This document shows positions 45,496 to 54,768 of a stretch of DNA of 64,000 nt, one piece after another. Location: positions 11,935 to 75,934 of the forward strand of contig VGSJ01000003.1 in NCBI GenBank assembly GCA_016875015.1. Direction: 5' to 3'. Each line of letters opens with the position of its first letter. The stretch's first letter is position 1. A program made the translations under genes and the position numbers. Source of the stretch: Deltaproteobacteria bacterium (GTDB taxonomy: Bacteria; Desulfobacterota; Desulfobaccia; Desulfobaccales; 0-14-0-80-60-11). Under the pieces are notes generated by a model. It saw only the letters and a program-made list of their open reading frames with translations. It was not told the DNA's origin and ran no database searches.

Positions 45496-47955
45496 TTACC
45501 TTCTTAGGCCCACCAAAACCACCCCGGCCGTTAGGGCAATTTGACCGATGATGGTGGCGATATCTTTGATCTGTTTAAGCCAGGCGATCCTTTCCAACTG
45601 TTCCGGGACGACAATGGTATCTCCCGGGTCTAAGGTTAAGGAGCTTAACCCGCCAGGATGATAAGCATATTTCGTGCCATCCCAGCTTTCCCCCAGCAAC
45701 TTGAACCCTTTTCGGCTAACGGCGGCGCCGTTGGCTTTTATGACGTAAATTTCCTTGTCATCAGCATTTTTCGTGGACCCGCCGGCCATGGTAACGTATT
45801 CCGCCACCGTCCGGTAAGGAGTGTACACAATCGCCGTGGGATTGAAGACTGCTCCCACGATATTCACCGTCTGGAGGGTTTCGGGCACCAACAGGGAATC
45901 TCCTTCCTCGAGTCCAATATCTTCTGGAGTTCCCCGCAGCCGTTCCGGATCATCCAGGCGGATGACCACCCTTCCCAACGGCTCAACCTTCCTGAGGCTG
46001 GCCAGCAGGGCCATCTGTTGCCTGGCATAAACCTCGGCGCGCTTCGCTTCTTCTGGATCTATTCCCCCGGCGGCTTTGGAACCGGCCAGAGCCATTGACT
46101 CCGCTTCCAAGCGATTAAGGGCCGCGTCCAGTTGCTGTTTTTGAATCCGCTGGGTGGACCGTCTGGTAAGGACCCCTCCCAAGAGATACGCCTTGCTCGT
46201 GAACCCTCCCGCTCGGGTTAAAAGGGAACTTAACGTCTCTCCCTTCTTAATAGTATAAGTGCCGGGAAAATTGACTTCTCCGGCGACTTGAATGGTTTTA
46301 TAGGTGCCCCAATCCGGTACCGCGCGGATGAATAGATAATCATTAGGTTGCAGGACCACGTTTTGGCCCGGCGCGCCACTGAGGGCTTGGTATAATCTGA
46401 CATAAATGCGAGAAGTCTCGGGGCCTTGCTGGGTGATCCGGACCCGGGTGATCTCCGCTTCTTCCTTGTTGGCCTGCATCAAGAGCCCGCCGGCGTAATT
46501 GATCAGGTCGCTTACCCGCATACTGTCGCGGAAACCAAACTCCCCCGGGTTCTTCACGGCGCCGGCAATGGTAACCTTTTTTTCCACCAGGGAAGAGACT
46601 GGAAAAATCATGACAAAATCCCCGTCTATCAATGACAGGCCATGGTATTTAACTAAGATTTTTCCCAGGTCTTCATCAAACATCACCATTTCATGGTGGC
46701 CTTTGACCCGGAGAACCTGCACCCGGCCTTTAAACGCGGTGTCCCCCAGTCCCCCGGCCAGGCGCAGCAGATCATCCAGGGTCTTCTCGTTCTTTAGTTC
46801 GTAAATCGCTGGAACCTTCACCGCACCGCCAAAATCCATTCCCTTGCTCATGGCCAGTTTTTGCCCGGCCTCTTGCAGGCTCATGCCGAAAATTCGTCCT
46901 ATATCCGCCTCCGGGAGAACCGACGCTTTTTCCTTTATGGTTAGAACCGGCTCTTTTTGCGACATTATTTTCAGGTCTTCCCCTCTCCGCCAGCTCATTT
47001 CCGGAGCCGGCTGAGAGGGATCTCCTTCCAGTTGCAGCCGAGCCAGGGTCCTCAAGGCCTCTTCCAGTTCTTTCAAGGTCTTCGGGCTGCCGATGGCGAC
47101 CATTGGGCCGATGGGCGGGATAAAAATGACATCTTCAGGCTGCAGCCGAATATCTTTGCTCTTATCCCCCCGCAAGAGGAAGTCATACATGTCAAAGTTC
47201 CCCACCACCTTGTTTCCCCGCCTGACCTGAATGTTGCGCAGGGAGCCGGACTTACTGGGACCGCCCGCGGCAAATAAAGCGCTCACCAAGGTGGACAGGG
47301 AGGACACCGCGTAGCTTCCTGGAAATCTTGCCTGACCCACGACGTAAATCTGGATGGTCCGCAGGTTATCCAGGGTAACGTTCATTTGAAAATTGGTGTA
47401 CTGCCGCGAGAATTCCCGGTCCAAGACCTCCCGAAGTTGCCGGTAAGTAAGACTACTGACGTGCACGGCACCCACTTTGGGGATGTTGATTTGGCCGTTG
47501 CGGTCTACCGTGAGGTTATATTCTCCCTGCACACTTCCCCAAATGATAACCTTGATTCGGTCACCGGGGCCGATGACATAATCCGGGCCCACCGGGACGC
47601 CCTCCATCGGCAAGAAAGAGGCTGGCGGTTGGTAAAAGAAACTATAGCCGAATTGCTTAATGTACATCCTCTGAGCCCAGGCGCGCCGTTCAATGGTTGA
47701 AATATCTTCAGGCTGCCGGGGAGCAGTGGTCAATACCTGGGTGGTTTTAGGAGATGGGGCGATCTGCTTCGGCAATTCCGGGCTGATTGGCGGTTGAGCG
47801 GTTAGGGGAGTTCCCGGTCTTGCAGGAGTCTGGGCCGGGCCGATTTGCTGAAGGTAGAATTGCGCTTGATCTTCCAGCGGCTGACTCCATCCCTGGGTTG
47901 GGGGCAGAAAGATCAGGAATGCTAAAAAGGCGCTGATTATTTTTCTGGCTAACAT
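45496..47955 (-). CDS. wza: Wza/OPX-family polysaccharide export protein with multiple SLBB-like repeats
   Basis: Signal peptide. Poly_export motif YVIGPGDRIKVIIWGSVQGEYNLTVDRNGQINIPKVG. Several repeated D-x-I-x-V/I-P soluble-ligand-binding beta-grasp-like segments. C-terminal TM helix IATIIGQIALTAGVVLVGL. Confidence 0.85.
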   Translation of the reverse strand: MLARKIISAFLAFLIFLPPTQGWSQPLEDQAQFYLQQIGPAQTPARPGTPLTAQPPISPELPKQIAPSPKTTQVLTTAPRQPEDISTIERRAWAQRMYIKQFGYSFFYQPPASFLPMEGVPVGPDYVIGPGDRIKVIIWGSVQGEYNLTVDRNGQINIPKVGAVHVSSLTYRQLREVLDREFSRQYTNFQMNVTLDNLRTIQIYVVGQARFPGSYAVSSLSTLVSALFAAGGPSKSGSLRNIQVRRGNKVVGNFDMYDFLLRGDKSKDIRLQPEDVIFIPPIGPMVAIGSPKTLKELEEALRTLARLQLEGDPSQPAPEMSWRRGEDLKIMSQKEPVLTIKEKASVLPEADIGRIFGMSLQEAGQKLAMSKGMDFGGAVKVPAIYELKNEKTLDDLLRLAGGLGDTAFKGRVQVLRVKGHHEMVMFDEDLGKILVKYHGLSLIDGDFVMIFPVSSLVEKKVTIAGAVKNPGEFGFRDSMRVSDLINYAGGLLMQANKEEAEITRVRITQQGPETSRIYVRLYQALSGAPGQNVVLQPNDYLFIRAVPDWGTYKTIQVAGEVNFPGTYTIKKGETLSSLLTRAGGFTSKAYLLGGVLTRRSTQRIQKQQLDAALNRLEAESMALAGSKAAGGIDPEEAKRAEVYARQQMALLASLRKVEPLGRVVIRLDDPERLRGTPEDIGLEEGDSLLVPETLQTVNIVGAVFNPTAIVYTPYRTVAEYVTMAGGSTKNADDKEIYVIKANGAAVSRKGFKLLGESWDGTKYAYHPGGLSSLTLDPGDTIVVPEQLERIAWLKQIKDIATIIGQIALTAGVVLVGLRR

Positions 47956-48083
47956 AATACCAGCCCGTCGCTATCTGTCATGGTGACACCCTCTATTGTT
48001 AAGGTGATCTTGGAACAATGATAAAATAAAGTGCGGCAGGTGACAAGGACTTTATCATGTGGCTGGGGGCTGCGGAAAACATC

Positions 48084-48923
48084 TTAAAAGGCATCAGGAA
48101 TCAGGTGCTGCAACCGGCAAGTCAGATTAATGCACATCAGCCGTTGAATGATGCCCGCATCGGCCGGATAATTCTGGTCCGTTAAGGCAGGAGGACATTG
48201 GGCCAACTTGACCGGCATGCGGCCGCCAATCTGGGAGTCGGCTACATCCCAAAGCGGCCGCCAATCCAGGGCCTTAAACATGGTCAGCGAGACATAGATG
48301 AAGGCATGACTGATGGAGTTGGGAGGAGCCTGGGAAGCCCTGGGGCCCGCCCAAGTAACATAATTACCGCCAGGGTTGAGTATCTCGATAATCTCTTGCA
48401 AGCCATAAGACCGCTTTTGGTGATCTTTCGGAGTAGTTTTCGCATCAGCACAAAAAACGGTGGGGGAATAAAAACAGAACAAAAACGCATCGACCCCGCG
48501 ATTTACCGCCTCACACATTGCCATTATCTCTTGAACCGGCATGGGTCCGGGCTGGAGAGGCAAGACCCCCGCCAAGAACGGTTGATACCCTTTTTCGGTG
48601 AGGACCTGGATGAGAAGAGATGCGGCCACGTCATCATTGATGTCCTGGATATCCACCGCCCTGGAGTTAATTAACCCGGTTGGCTGCCACGGGCCGGTAA
48701 AAAGCGTCGACTTCTTAATGAAATCAGCTCCGGGGTCATTTTGGTTGGGCAATTGCAGATAAGCCGGCCAGCGTTGCACAAAGACGGCTACGCGTCTAAT
48801 GCCTCGATACTCGGGATACTGCCGGACATAACTTTGATTGCTGAGAAGAGTGCAGGATGACAGGAGGAGAACCCCCACCAGCACTAAAGATATATTCAAT
48901 CTTAACGAGCCCTGCCAGCGCAT
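48084..48923 (-). CDS. Lipoprotein, unknown function
   Basis: Lipobox LLLSSC. 279 aa. I recognise no motif. Confidence 0.55.
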   Translation of the reverse strand: MRWQGSLRLNISLVLVGVLLLSSCTLLSNQSYVRQYPEYRGIRRVAVFVQRWPAYLQLPNQNDPGADFIKKSTLFTGPWQPTGLINSRAVDIQDINDDVAASLLIQVLTEKGYQPFLAGVLPLQPGPMPVQEIMAMCEAVNRGVDAFLFCFYSPTVFCADAKTTPKDHQKRSYGLQEIIEILNPGGNYVTWAGPRASQAPPNSISHAFIYVSLTMFKALDWRPLWDVADSQIGGRMPVKLAQCPPALTDQNYPADAGIIQRLMCINLTCRLQHLIPDAF

Positions 48924-49348
48924 TGATAGCTAATATGGCATATCTTCAGAGCTGTTGTCAAGGAAACCGATAGTCGCAGTTAAGTAGCTGGGGTTTTGGG
49001 GCTATCGGTGAGTGCAGGAAGTTGTTGCCTGCCAGCGCGGCAAAAGACGTTATGGTGGAAAAGTTTATACTGCTACCTTTGATTTTGAAATATCAAGCTA
49101 AGGGAGTATAATGTCTCAGGGGGTGAGTATGGAACGCCGGATGGCTGCCGGAATGCTCCGCAGGGGCGGTGCAGGCGGCAAGGGCCGGAATTGTCGCCTC
49201 CGGTGAAATGACGGGGCCGCCGGAGAAAAAATTCCTTTGGGAGAAGACATTTTGTGATATGTAAGAAAAGGTGGGCATTGCAACATTATTCCCCAGTCAG
49301 TCTCAGGAATCTTTGAAGGTTCCAAACCATGCCGGAGATGATAGGAAG

Positions 49349-49783
49349 ATGAAAGCTTACCGCATTCTTGATGGGATCAGAGCCCTGGCAGTGCTGGCCG
49401 TTTTTGCCGGCGGTCTCCTGGCCGTGTCCGCCTGCAATCCCCAAGCGTTGAAACCGCCGCCCCCGGCGGTCTCCCCCAGCATGATAGTCACCAAGGATGG
49501 CATGGCCTTTTTTGTGAAAAGGCTCCGGATACCCGGCACCAGGCAGGAACTGCGTCTCAAAGAAGGCGGCACGCTGACGTGGGTACCCCTGGAACAGGTT
49601 TTGGCAGTGCGGTTCTCCGGCCCGCTCCAGGACACCTATCGCCAGGCGGTTATCACTCTGACCGGCGGCGATAGACTCCAGGGGGAGGTGTATGTGAATT
49701 TTCTCATAGAAGGCGCCACTGACCTGGGATACTGGAACATGCCCATGAGCAAGGTGGAGAGCCTGAACCTGGCCTTCGATTGA
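49349..49783 (+). CDS. Small lipoprotein, unknown function
   Basis: Internal ATG at 49349 after ggagatgataggaag. Lipobox LAVSAC. Confidence 0.55.
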   Translation: MKAYRILDGIRALAVLAVFAGGLLAVSACNPQALKPPPPAVSPSMIVTKDGMAFFVKRLRIPGTRQELRLKEGGTLTWVPLEQVLAVRFSGPLQDTYRQAVITLTGGDRLQGEVYVNFLIEGATDLGYWNMPMSKVESLNLAFD

Positions 49784-49816
49784 GGTCCCCCGCGTGACCG
49801 CCGGGGCGCACCTGGG

Positions 49817-50596
49817 GTGACGGTGAACGCCCTTCTGGCCGGTCTGGTGGGTCTGGCGCTGGGGAGTTTTTTAAATGTGGTCATCACCCGGCTGCCCCAG
49901 GGGGAATCGGTGTGGGCCGGCCGCTCCCGGTGTCCCCGGTGCCGGCAGCCCCTATCCTGGTACGATAATATCCCCCTGTTCAGTTACGTCCGGCTCCGGG
50001 GGCGCTGCCGGTCCTGCGGCGCCGCCATCCCCTGGCGTTATCCCCTGGTGGAACTGGCCGGGGGGCTTATGGCCCTGGCCCTCTGGCACACCTTTCCCGA
50101 CCAACTCCTCCTGCTGGCCTATGGCCCGTTTTGCCTGGCTTTGGTGGCCTTGACCGCCATTGACCTGGAACACCGCCTGCTGCCGGACGCCATCACCATT
50201 CCCGGCGCCATCCTGGGGCTTCTGCTGTCCCTGGTGTTGCCCCACCTCTCTTTTCAGGAAGCCGCGGCCGGAGCCCTGGTGGGCGCGGCGTTATTCTACG
50301 GGATTGGCAGGCTCTATGAGAAATGGGCGGGACGGCGCGGTCTGGGTGGGGGCGACGTGAAAATGATGGCCATGATCGGGGCCTTCCTGGGGGTAGGGGC
50401 GCTGCCGCTGGTCATTCTGATCAGCGCCGGCCTGGGCACCCTGACCGGACTGATCCTGGTTCTGGGTCAAGGCCCCGGGGCTCGGGGCCAGTGGCGCACC
50501 ATCTCCCTGCCTTACGGCCCTTTTCTGGCCGCAGGGGCCTGGTGTTATCTCTTCTGGGGAGAGAGACTGCTCAATCTTCTGAGCGGCGGGGCATAA
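49817..50596 (+). CDS. gspO: Prepilin peptidase / N-methyltransferase (A24 family)
   Basis: LGSFLNVVITRLP, Cys motif CPRCRQPLSWYDNIPLFSYVRLRGRCRSCGAAI, and catalytic-Asp region GGGDVKMMAMIGAFLG. Confidence 0.9.
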   Translation: MTVNALLAGLVGLALGSFLNVVITRLPQGESVWAGRSRCPRCRQPLSWYDNIPLFSYVRLRGRCRSCGAAIPWRYPLVELAGGLMALALWHTFPDQLLLLAYGPFCLALVALTAIDLEHRLLPDAITIPGAILGLLLSLVLPHLSFQEAAAGALVGAALFYGIGRLYEKWAGRRGLGGGDVKMMAMIGAFLGVGALPLVILISAGLGTLTGLILVLGQGPGARGQWRTISLPYGPFLAAGAWCYLFWGERLLNLLSGGA

Positions 50597-50601
50597 AAAA
50601 A

Positions 50602-50632
50602 TCCCTCCTGCGGCCCTGAGGCCCGGGAGGGA
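50602..50632. terminator. Hairpin between convergent genes (bidirectional terminator candidate)
   Basis: tccctcc-tgcggccctgaggcccg-ggaggga, preceded by an A-run on the + strand. Lies between the stop of gspO (50596) and the stop of the minus-strand gene (50650). Confidence 0.55.
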
Positions 50633-50649
50633 CTCGAATCGCTCAATGG

Positions 50650-51042
50650 TCAAGGTTCCGGCGCCGGCGCCGGTGCAGGCTTGAAGACTCCACTTTCTTC
50701 ATAGACGGGTGCGCCCCGTCCCAGGGGACGAACGAAGGTCCACCCGCAGGGGCGGCCCACCAACCCCCAAGCCGCTTCCGAGGTGGTATCGGATTTGAGG
50801 GTCAGGGGGATCGAGGGGATGAAGACCGCAGCACCGACAATAGTGGTGGCCAATCCCAGGGGCCGGCCAATAATGGCATCGAAGGCCATCACCGCGGAAC
50901 TGGGAGGATTGGGGTTGGGTTTAAAGCCGAATCCCGCCTCCGCCCCCCGCATACTGTAGCCGATCTGCCCGGCGGCGCCCACGCTCCCCCAGGCGCATAC
51001 CAGACTAATAACCAGAATTCCCAGCAGAACCTTGTTCTTCAT
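50650..51042 (-). CDS. Small secreted/membrane protein, unknown function
   Basis: Signal peptide MKNKVLLGILVISLVCAWGSVGAAG, an internal hydrophobic segment and a Pro/Ala-rich C-terminus (PAPAPAPEP). Confidence 0.5.
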   Translation of the reverse strand: MKNKVLLGILVISLVCAWGSVGAAGQIGYSMRGAEAGFGFKPNPNPPSSAVMAFDAIIGRPLGLATTIVGAAVFIPSIPLTLKSDTTSEAAWGLVGRPCGWTFVRPLGRGAPVYEESGVFKPAPAPAPEP

Positions 51043-51153
51043 GGCGGCTGCTCCTTTTCAGGCGGCGGCGATCCGCATCTCCTTGAAACCATTGATTCTG
51101 TAGCCAGCCAAAGATTTTTCAGTTAAATATCATATTTTTGCCGAATCTTCAAC

Positions 51154-53637
51154 TTAATAAGGCCTCGGGGCCGTCTCCCGTGAACCCGAAGTGGGCGCCG
51201 CCGGGGTCCCAGGCGTCCGTTTGGGCAACGTCTCCTCGAGACCGACTTTCTCTTTCATCTCATGGGTTATGTGCGCCCCTTCCTCCAAGTTAGAAATTAT
51301 GTGAGGGGTTATCAAGACCAGGAGCTCGGTTTTTTGCTTGCTCACCCCTTCGGACCCAAACAGGGGCCCCAGCAGGGGCATTTTGCGCAAGCCGGGAATG
51401 CCCGCCTGGGTGTGGGTGTTGTCTTCCCGGATGAGCCCTCCCAAAACTACGGTTTGATTATCCGCGGTGATGAGGGAAGTCTTGGCCTGCCGCACCGTGA
51501 AGGTGGGAGTGCCGCCCACCCCGGTGGAGGTGGTCTTGGCGTCGCTCACCTCCTGGGCGATATCCAGGGTCACCATGCCTTTGGCATTGATCTGGGGCTT
51601 CACCGTCAAAATGATGCCGGTACTGCGGTATTGCACGGTGGAGGTCTGGAACGAGGTGGTCTGGCTGATGAGGGGCGTTGACTGCGAGGTGAGGATGGGC
51701 ACTTCCTCGCCGATCATGATGCGGGCTTCCTGGTTGTTGGACGCCATGATGTGGGGCGAGGCCAGGATGTTGACCTTGCCCTCGGCGGCTAACAGATTGA
51801 TGAGCCCCTTCAGTTTATTGACGGTATCCAGGGCCACAAAGGTGAGACCTCCTGCCGCGGTAAAGGCGGCGGAAGCACCGCTCTGCATTGTCACCCCGGG
51901 GATGTTGGCGGGAGCGGTGGAGACAGTGCCACTAGAACCAGAAGGGCCGGTAACAGTCGTAGTCGTTGGTTGTTGACCCCCGGCCACCAAAACCCCGCTG
52001 GGCACCCCGGAACTCGTCTGGGTGCCGGTGGCGGGTTGGGCCGCGGCGGGGACGCCGCCTATCAAAAACTCGATGCCGTACTTGAGATCATCGGTGAGGC
52101 GCACCTCGGCGATCAGCACCTCGTTTAACACCTGGCGCGGCATGATGTCCAGTTGCGTGAGAAGCCGGGAAATAATATTCCATTCATGGGGCGGGGCCAC
52201 CACTACCAGGAGATTATTCTCTTCATCGGGAATGATCCGCACCCCTTCTTTGGGGCTGGTCCCCTGGGCCCCGCCGCCCATACCCGTGGCCCGCTCTTTC
52301 AAGGAAGCTATGGCGCCGCCGGCGTCACCTCCCGGAGACCCCATGGCTCCCTGGGTACTGCCGGCGCCGGACATCCCCGACGCCCCCCCGGCGGCGCCGC
52401 CCATCAGGCCCCGTGATTGGCCCCCCCCTCCCAAGCCGCCCCCCACACCTCCCGGGCCTCCGATGGTGGAGGTTGAGAAGGAGGCGCCGCCTTCGAGTTT
52501 GGATTCTTTGATCTTCGGGGCCGGCGGGGCCCCGCCATAGACCTGGGTTAAAAGATCGGCCAGATTTTTCGCTTTGTAATTTAATACATGGTAAATATGG
52601 ACATTGGCCAACAGATCGGTTTTGGCATCCAGTTGCTTCACCCAGTACAGGGCGCGCTCGGCTAACGGCTGGGAATTGGCCAGGATCATCACGGAGTTGA
52701 GGCGAGCCACGGGCAGAAAGCTGACCCCGAAGCTTTCCTTACCTTTTTGGGCCAGGTTGCCGTAGGCCGAAAAGATGGTCTCCATCTCCGTGATGATCTC
52801 GGTGGGGTCGGTATTGTGCACCTTCACAATGCGCACCAGGGTATCGGCCAGGGCCCGGGTGTCCACCAGGTAAATCAATCTTAACAATTTGTCCAAATTT
52901 TCGGGATTGTCTATCAGGACTAAGGAATTATGCGCCGCCTGGCCAATATTGCCGGCCGGGGACATCAGGGGCTTGAGCATCGCCAACACTTCCTTGGCTG
53001 GGGTCTGCTCCAAAAAGACCACCTGGGCCCGCATGCCTGGGGGGATTGCCCCCTGGCTGTATACCGGCAGGCCCCGGGTGGCCGCTTTATCGGCGGGCAC
53101 AATGTTATATAACTCGTTGTTTTTGATCATGGTGGCGCCGTTGATGGTGAGGATCGTCTCCATGATCGAGAGCAGTTCGCTCTTGCTCAACTTGCCGGAG
53201 GCGCGCACATTGACCGTGCCTTTGACCTTGGGGTCGATATTATAATTGAGCCCCATGGTGTCGGCCAGAACCCGGATGGCTTCCACCAGGTCGGCATTCT
53301 TGAGATTGAGGTCGATAGGATAGACCGTCTCGCCTTTGGGAGGGGTGCGCCGGGTCACCGGCATTTTTTTGATGCGGGCGGTCAGGCTTTCCAGGTTCCG
53401 TTCCTCCAAACGGTCCTCCGCATCCGCCTTCTTCCCTGCCTTGGCATACGCCGGCGGCGGCTTCGGCGAAGGCGCGATGACCCGGACCGGGGTCCGGATC
53501 GGGGCGGGGGGTTGGGGCGGGGCCACCGCCTGGGTGGAGGCGCACCCCGTGACGCCGAGAATGATGGACAACGGCACGAGACTTGAGAGCCATCCTCCTT
53601 TGAGGCGTTTCCCCACGAAGTTTAGGCAATTTCGCAT
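51154..53637 (-). CDS. gspD: Type II secretion secretin GspD with N-terminal lipobox and Gly-rich insertion
   Basis: Lipobox ILGVTGC after a basic n-region. N-domain repeats. C-terminal secretin core (VVLGGLIREDNTHTQAGIPGLRKMPLLGPLFGS). Gly-rich low-complexity segment at aa ~368-465. Confidence 0.9.
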   Translation of the reverse strand: MRNCLNFVGKRLKGGWLSSLVPLSIILGVTGCASTQAVAPPQPPAPIRTPVRVIAPSPKPPPAYAKAGKKADAEDRLEERNLESLTARIKKMPVTRRTPPKGETVYPIDLNLKNADLVEAIRVLADTMGLNYNIDPKVKGTVNVRASGKLSKSELLSIMETILTINGATMIKNNELYNIVPADKAATRGLPVYSQGAIPPGMRAQVVFLEQTPAKEVLAMLKPLMSPAGNIGQAAHNSLVLIDNPENLDKLLRLIYLVDTRALADTLVRIVKVHNTDPTEIITEMETIFSAYGNLAQKGKESFGVSFLPVARLNSVMILANSQPLAERALYWVKQLDAKTDLLANVHIYHVLNYKAKNLADLLTQVYGGAPPAPKIKESKLEGGASFSTSTIGGPGGVGGGLGGGGQSRGLMGGAAGGASGMSGAGSTQGAMGSPGGDAGGAIASLKERATGMGGGAQGTSPKEGVRIIPDEENNLLVVVAPPHEWNIISRLLTQLDIMPRQVLNEVLIAEVRLTDDLKYGIEFLIGGVPAAAQPATGTQTSSGVPSGVLVAGGQQPTTTTVTGPSGSSGTVSTAPANIPGVTMQSGASAAFTAAGGLTFVALDTVNKLKGLINLLAAEGKVNILASPHIMASNNQEARIMIGEEVPILTSQSTPLISQTTSFQTSTVQYRSTGIILTVKPQINAKGMVTLDIAQEVSDAKTTSTGVGGTPTFTVRQAKTSLITADNQTVVLGGLIREDNTHTQAGIPGLRKMPLLGPLFGSEGVSKQKTELLVLITPHIISNLEEGAHITHEMKEKVGLEETLPKRTPGTPAAPTSGSRETAPRPY

Positions 53638-53656
53638 TATTTTTCCCCTGGAATTT

Positions 53657-54136
53657 CTATTCCGGAAACTTTAAGGTCCTTTGGCCATCCTTACCAAGAA
53701 ATGTCACTGAATCATTTAATATTTCAAGCACCTTAAACCCATTCCATTCCTCTCCCAGGTAGATTGCCTCTACTTCCGGCGCGCCCTTGCCGGGCCCCGG
53801 GGATTTGCCTCCGATAATGGCCGCCTTGGTGTCGCCGATGAGCATGGTTCCCAAGAGCTGGCGGCCTTCCAGGCTGTCCTGGATTTTAGCAATTTCCGCG
53901 GGCGAATCCCTCCGGTCCTGGCTGAACAGGTTCTTGGCAGCCACCGGCTTGAAAGCCGACAGGGGCTGCTGGTCCCTGAGGATAGGCGCCGTGGGCACCT
54001 CAGGCCCTTTGGCGGATGGGCCCTGGGACGGCATGCCCCCCCCACCCCACCATACATGGATGATCGCCGCCAGCAAGAAAGCAATGCCTCCCAGAAGCAA
54101 GAGATTCACTGGCTTGAGCCCACGCCGCCAACTCAA
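53657..54136 (-). CDS. T2SS-associated bitopic protein (GspC/PilP-like, no PDZ domain seen)
   Basis: N-terminal TM helix (LLLLGGIAFLLAAII) and a small C-terminal beta-rich domain (FKVLEILNDSVTFLGKDGQRTLKF). ATGA overlap with the upstream gene. The call rests mostly on position and architecture. Confidence 0.5.
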   Translation of the reverse strand: MSWRRGLKPVNLLLLGGIAFLLAAIIHVWWGGGGMPSQGPSAKGPEVPTAPILRDQQPLSAFKPVAAKNLFSQDRRDSPAEIAKIQDSLEGRQLLGTMLIGDTKAAIIGGKSPGPGKGAPEVEAIYLGEEWNGFKVLEILNDSVTFLGKDGQRTLKFPE

Positions 54137-54768
54137 CTGGGTACCCCTTTCTTGATGACTCCGGAGATCACCATGCTAATCTGCAAAATGGGAGCCTTGT
54201 TATCCCCCTTGACCCAGCGCGGCGCATTGATATCCAGATCGGGAATAAACAGGAGTTTCTTATGGTGCTCCAGGTGATAAAGCAGGGTGACGAGCTGGCT
54301 TATGGTGGCGGTCAATTGCACCTGGACCGGCACCTCCAGATAAGTTCCCGCCTCCCGGGTTGGGAGGACCTTGGTGCTGGTCATCTGGACCCCCTGCTCC
54401 TTGGCCAGATTTTTCAGGATCTCCTGAAGGTCAGCGGAAGCCACCGCCGGGTTGGACCCGGAAAGGAACTGGCCTTCCGTCCGGGTCAGGGCGGCCTTCA
54501 TGACCTTGTTGGCCTCGATCACCCGGCTCTTGCTCTCCAGGAGATTTTGGTATTTGCTCAAAAGCTTGCTCCGGCTGGCCAGTTCCTGGCTCCAGGCCTC
54601 CTCCAGGTTCAGCAGCGGATTCACCACTGCCAGGTAAAAAAGCAGCAACAGCAAGCCTCCGACCAGAAGCAACACCAGACGCCGGTGCGGCGGCGAGAGC
54701 CGTTCAAGCGACCGGTTCCAGGCCTTAAAATTCTGCTTTAATTTTGAAATGCTCGAGTTTGTTGGCAT
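54133..54768 (-). CDS. gspM: GspM/PilO-like T2SS inner-membrane protein
   Basis: Single TM helix (LVLLLVGGLLLLLFYLAVV), coiled coil, then a ferredoxin-like C-terminal region. Lies downstream of the gspL-like gene. Confidence 0.6.
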   Translation of the reverse strand: MPTNSSISKLKQNFKAWNRSLERLSPPHRRLVLLLVGGLLLLLFYLAVVNPLLNLEEAWSQELASRSKLLSKYQNLLESKSRVIEANKVMKAALTRTEGQFLSGSNPAVASADLQEILKNLAKEQGVQMTSTKVLPTREAGTYLEVPVQVQLTATISQLVTLLYHLEHHKKLLFIPDLDINAPRWVKGDNKAPILQISMVISGVIKKGVPS

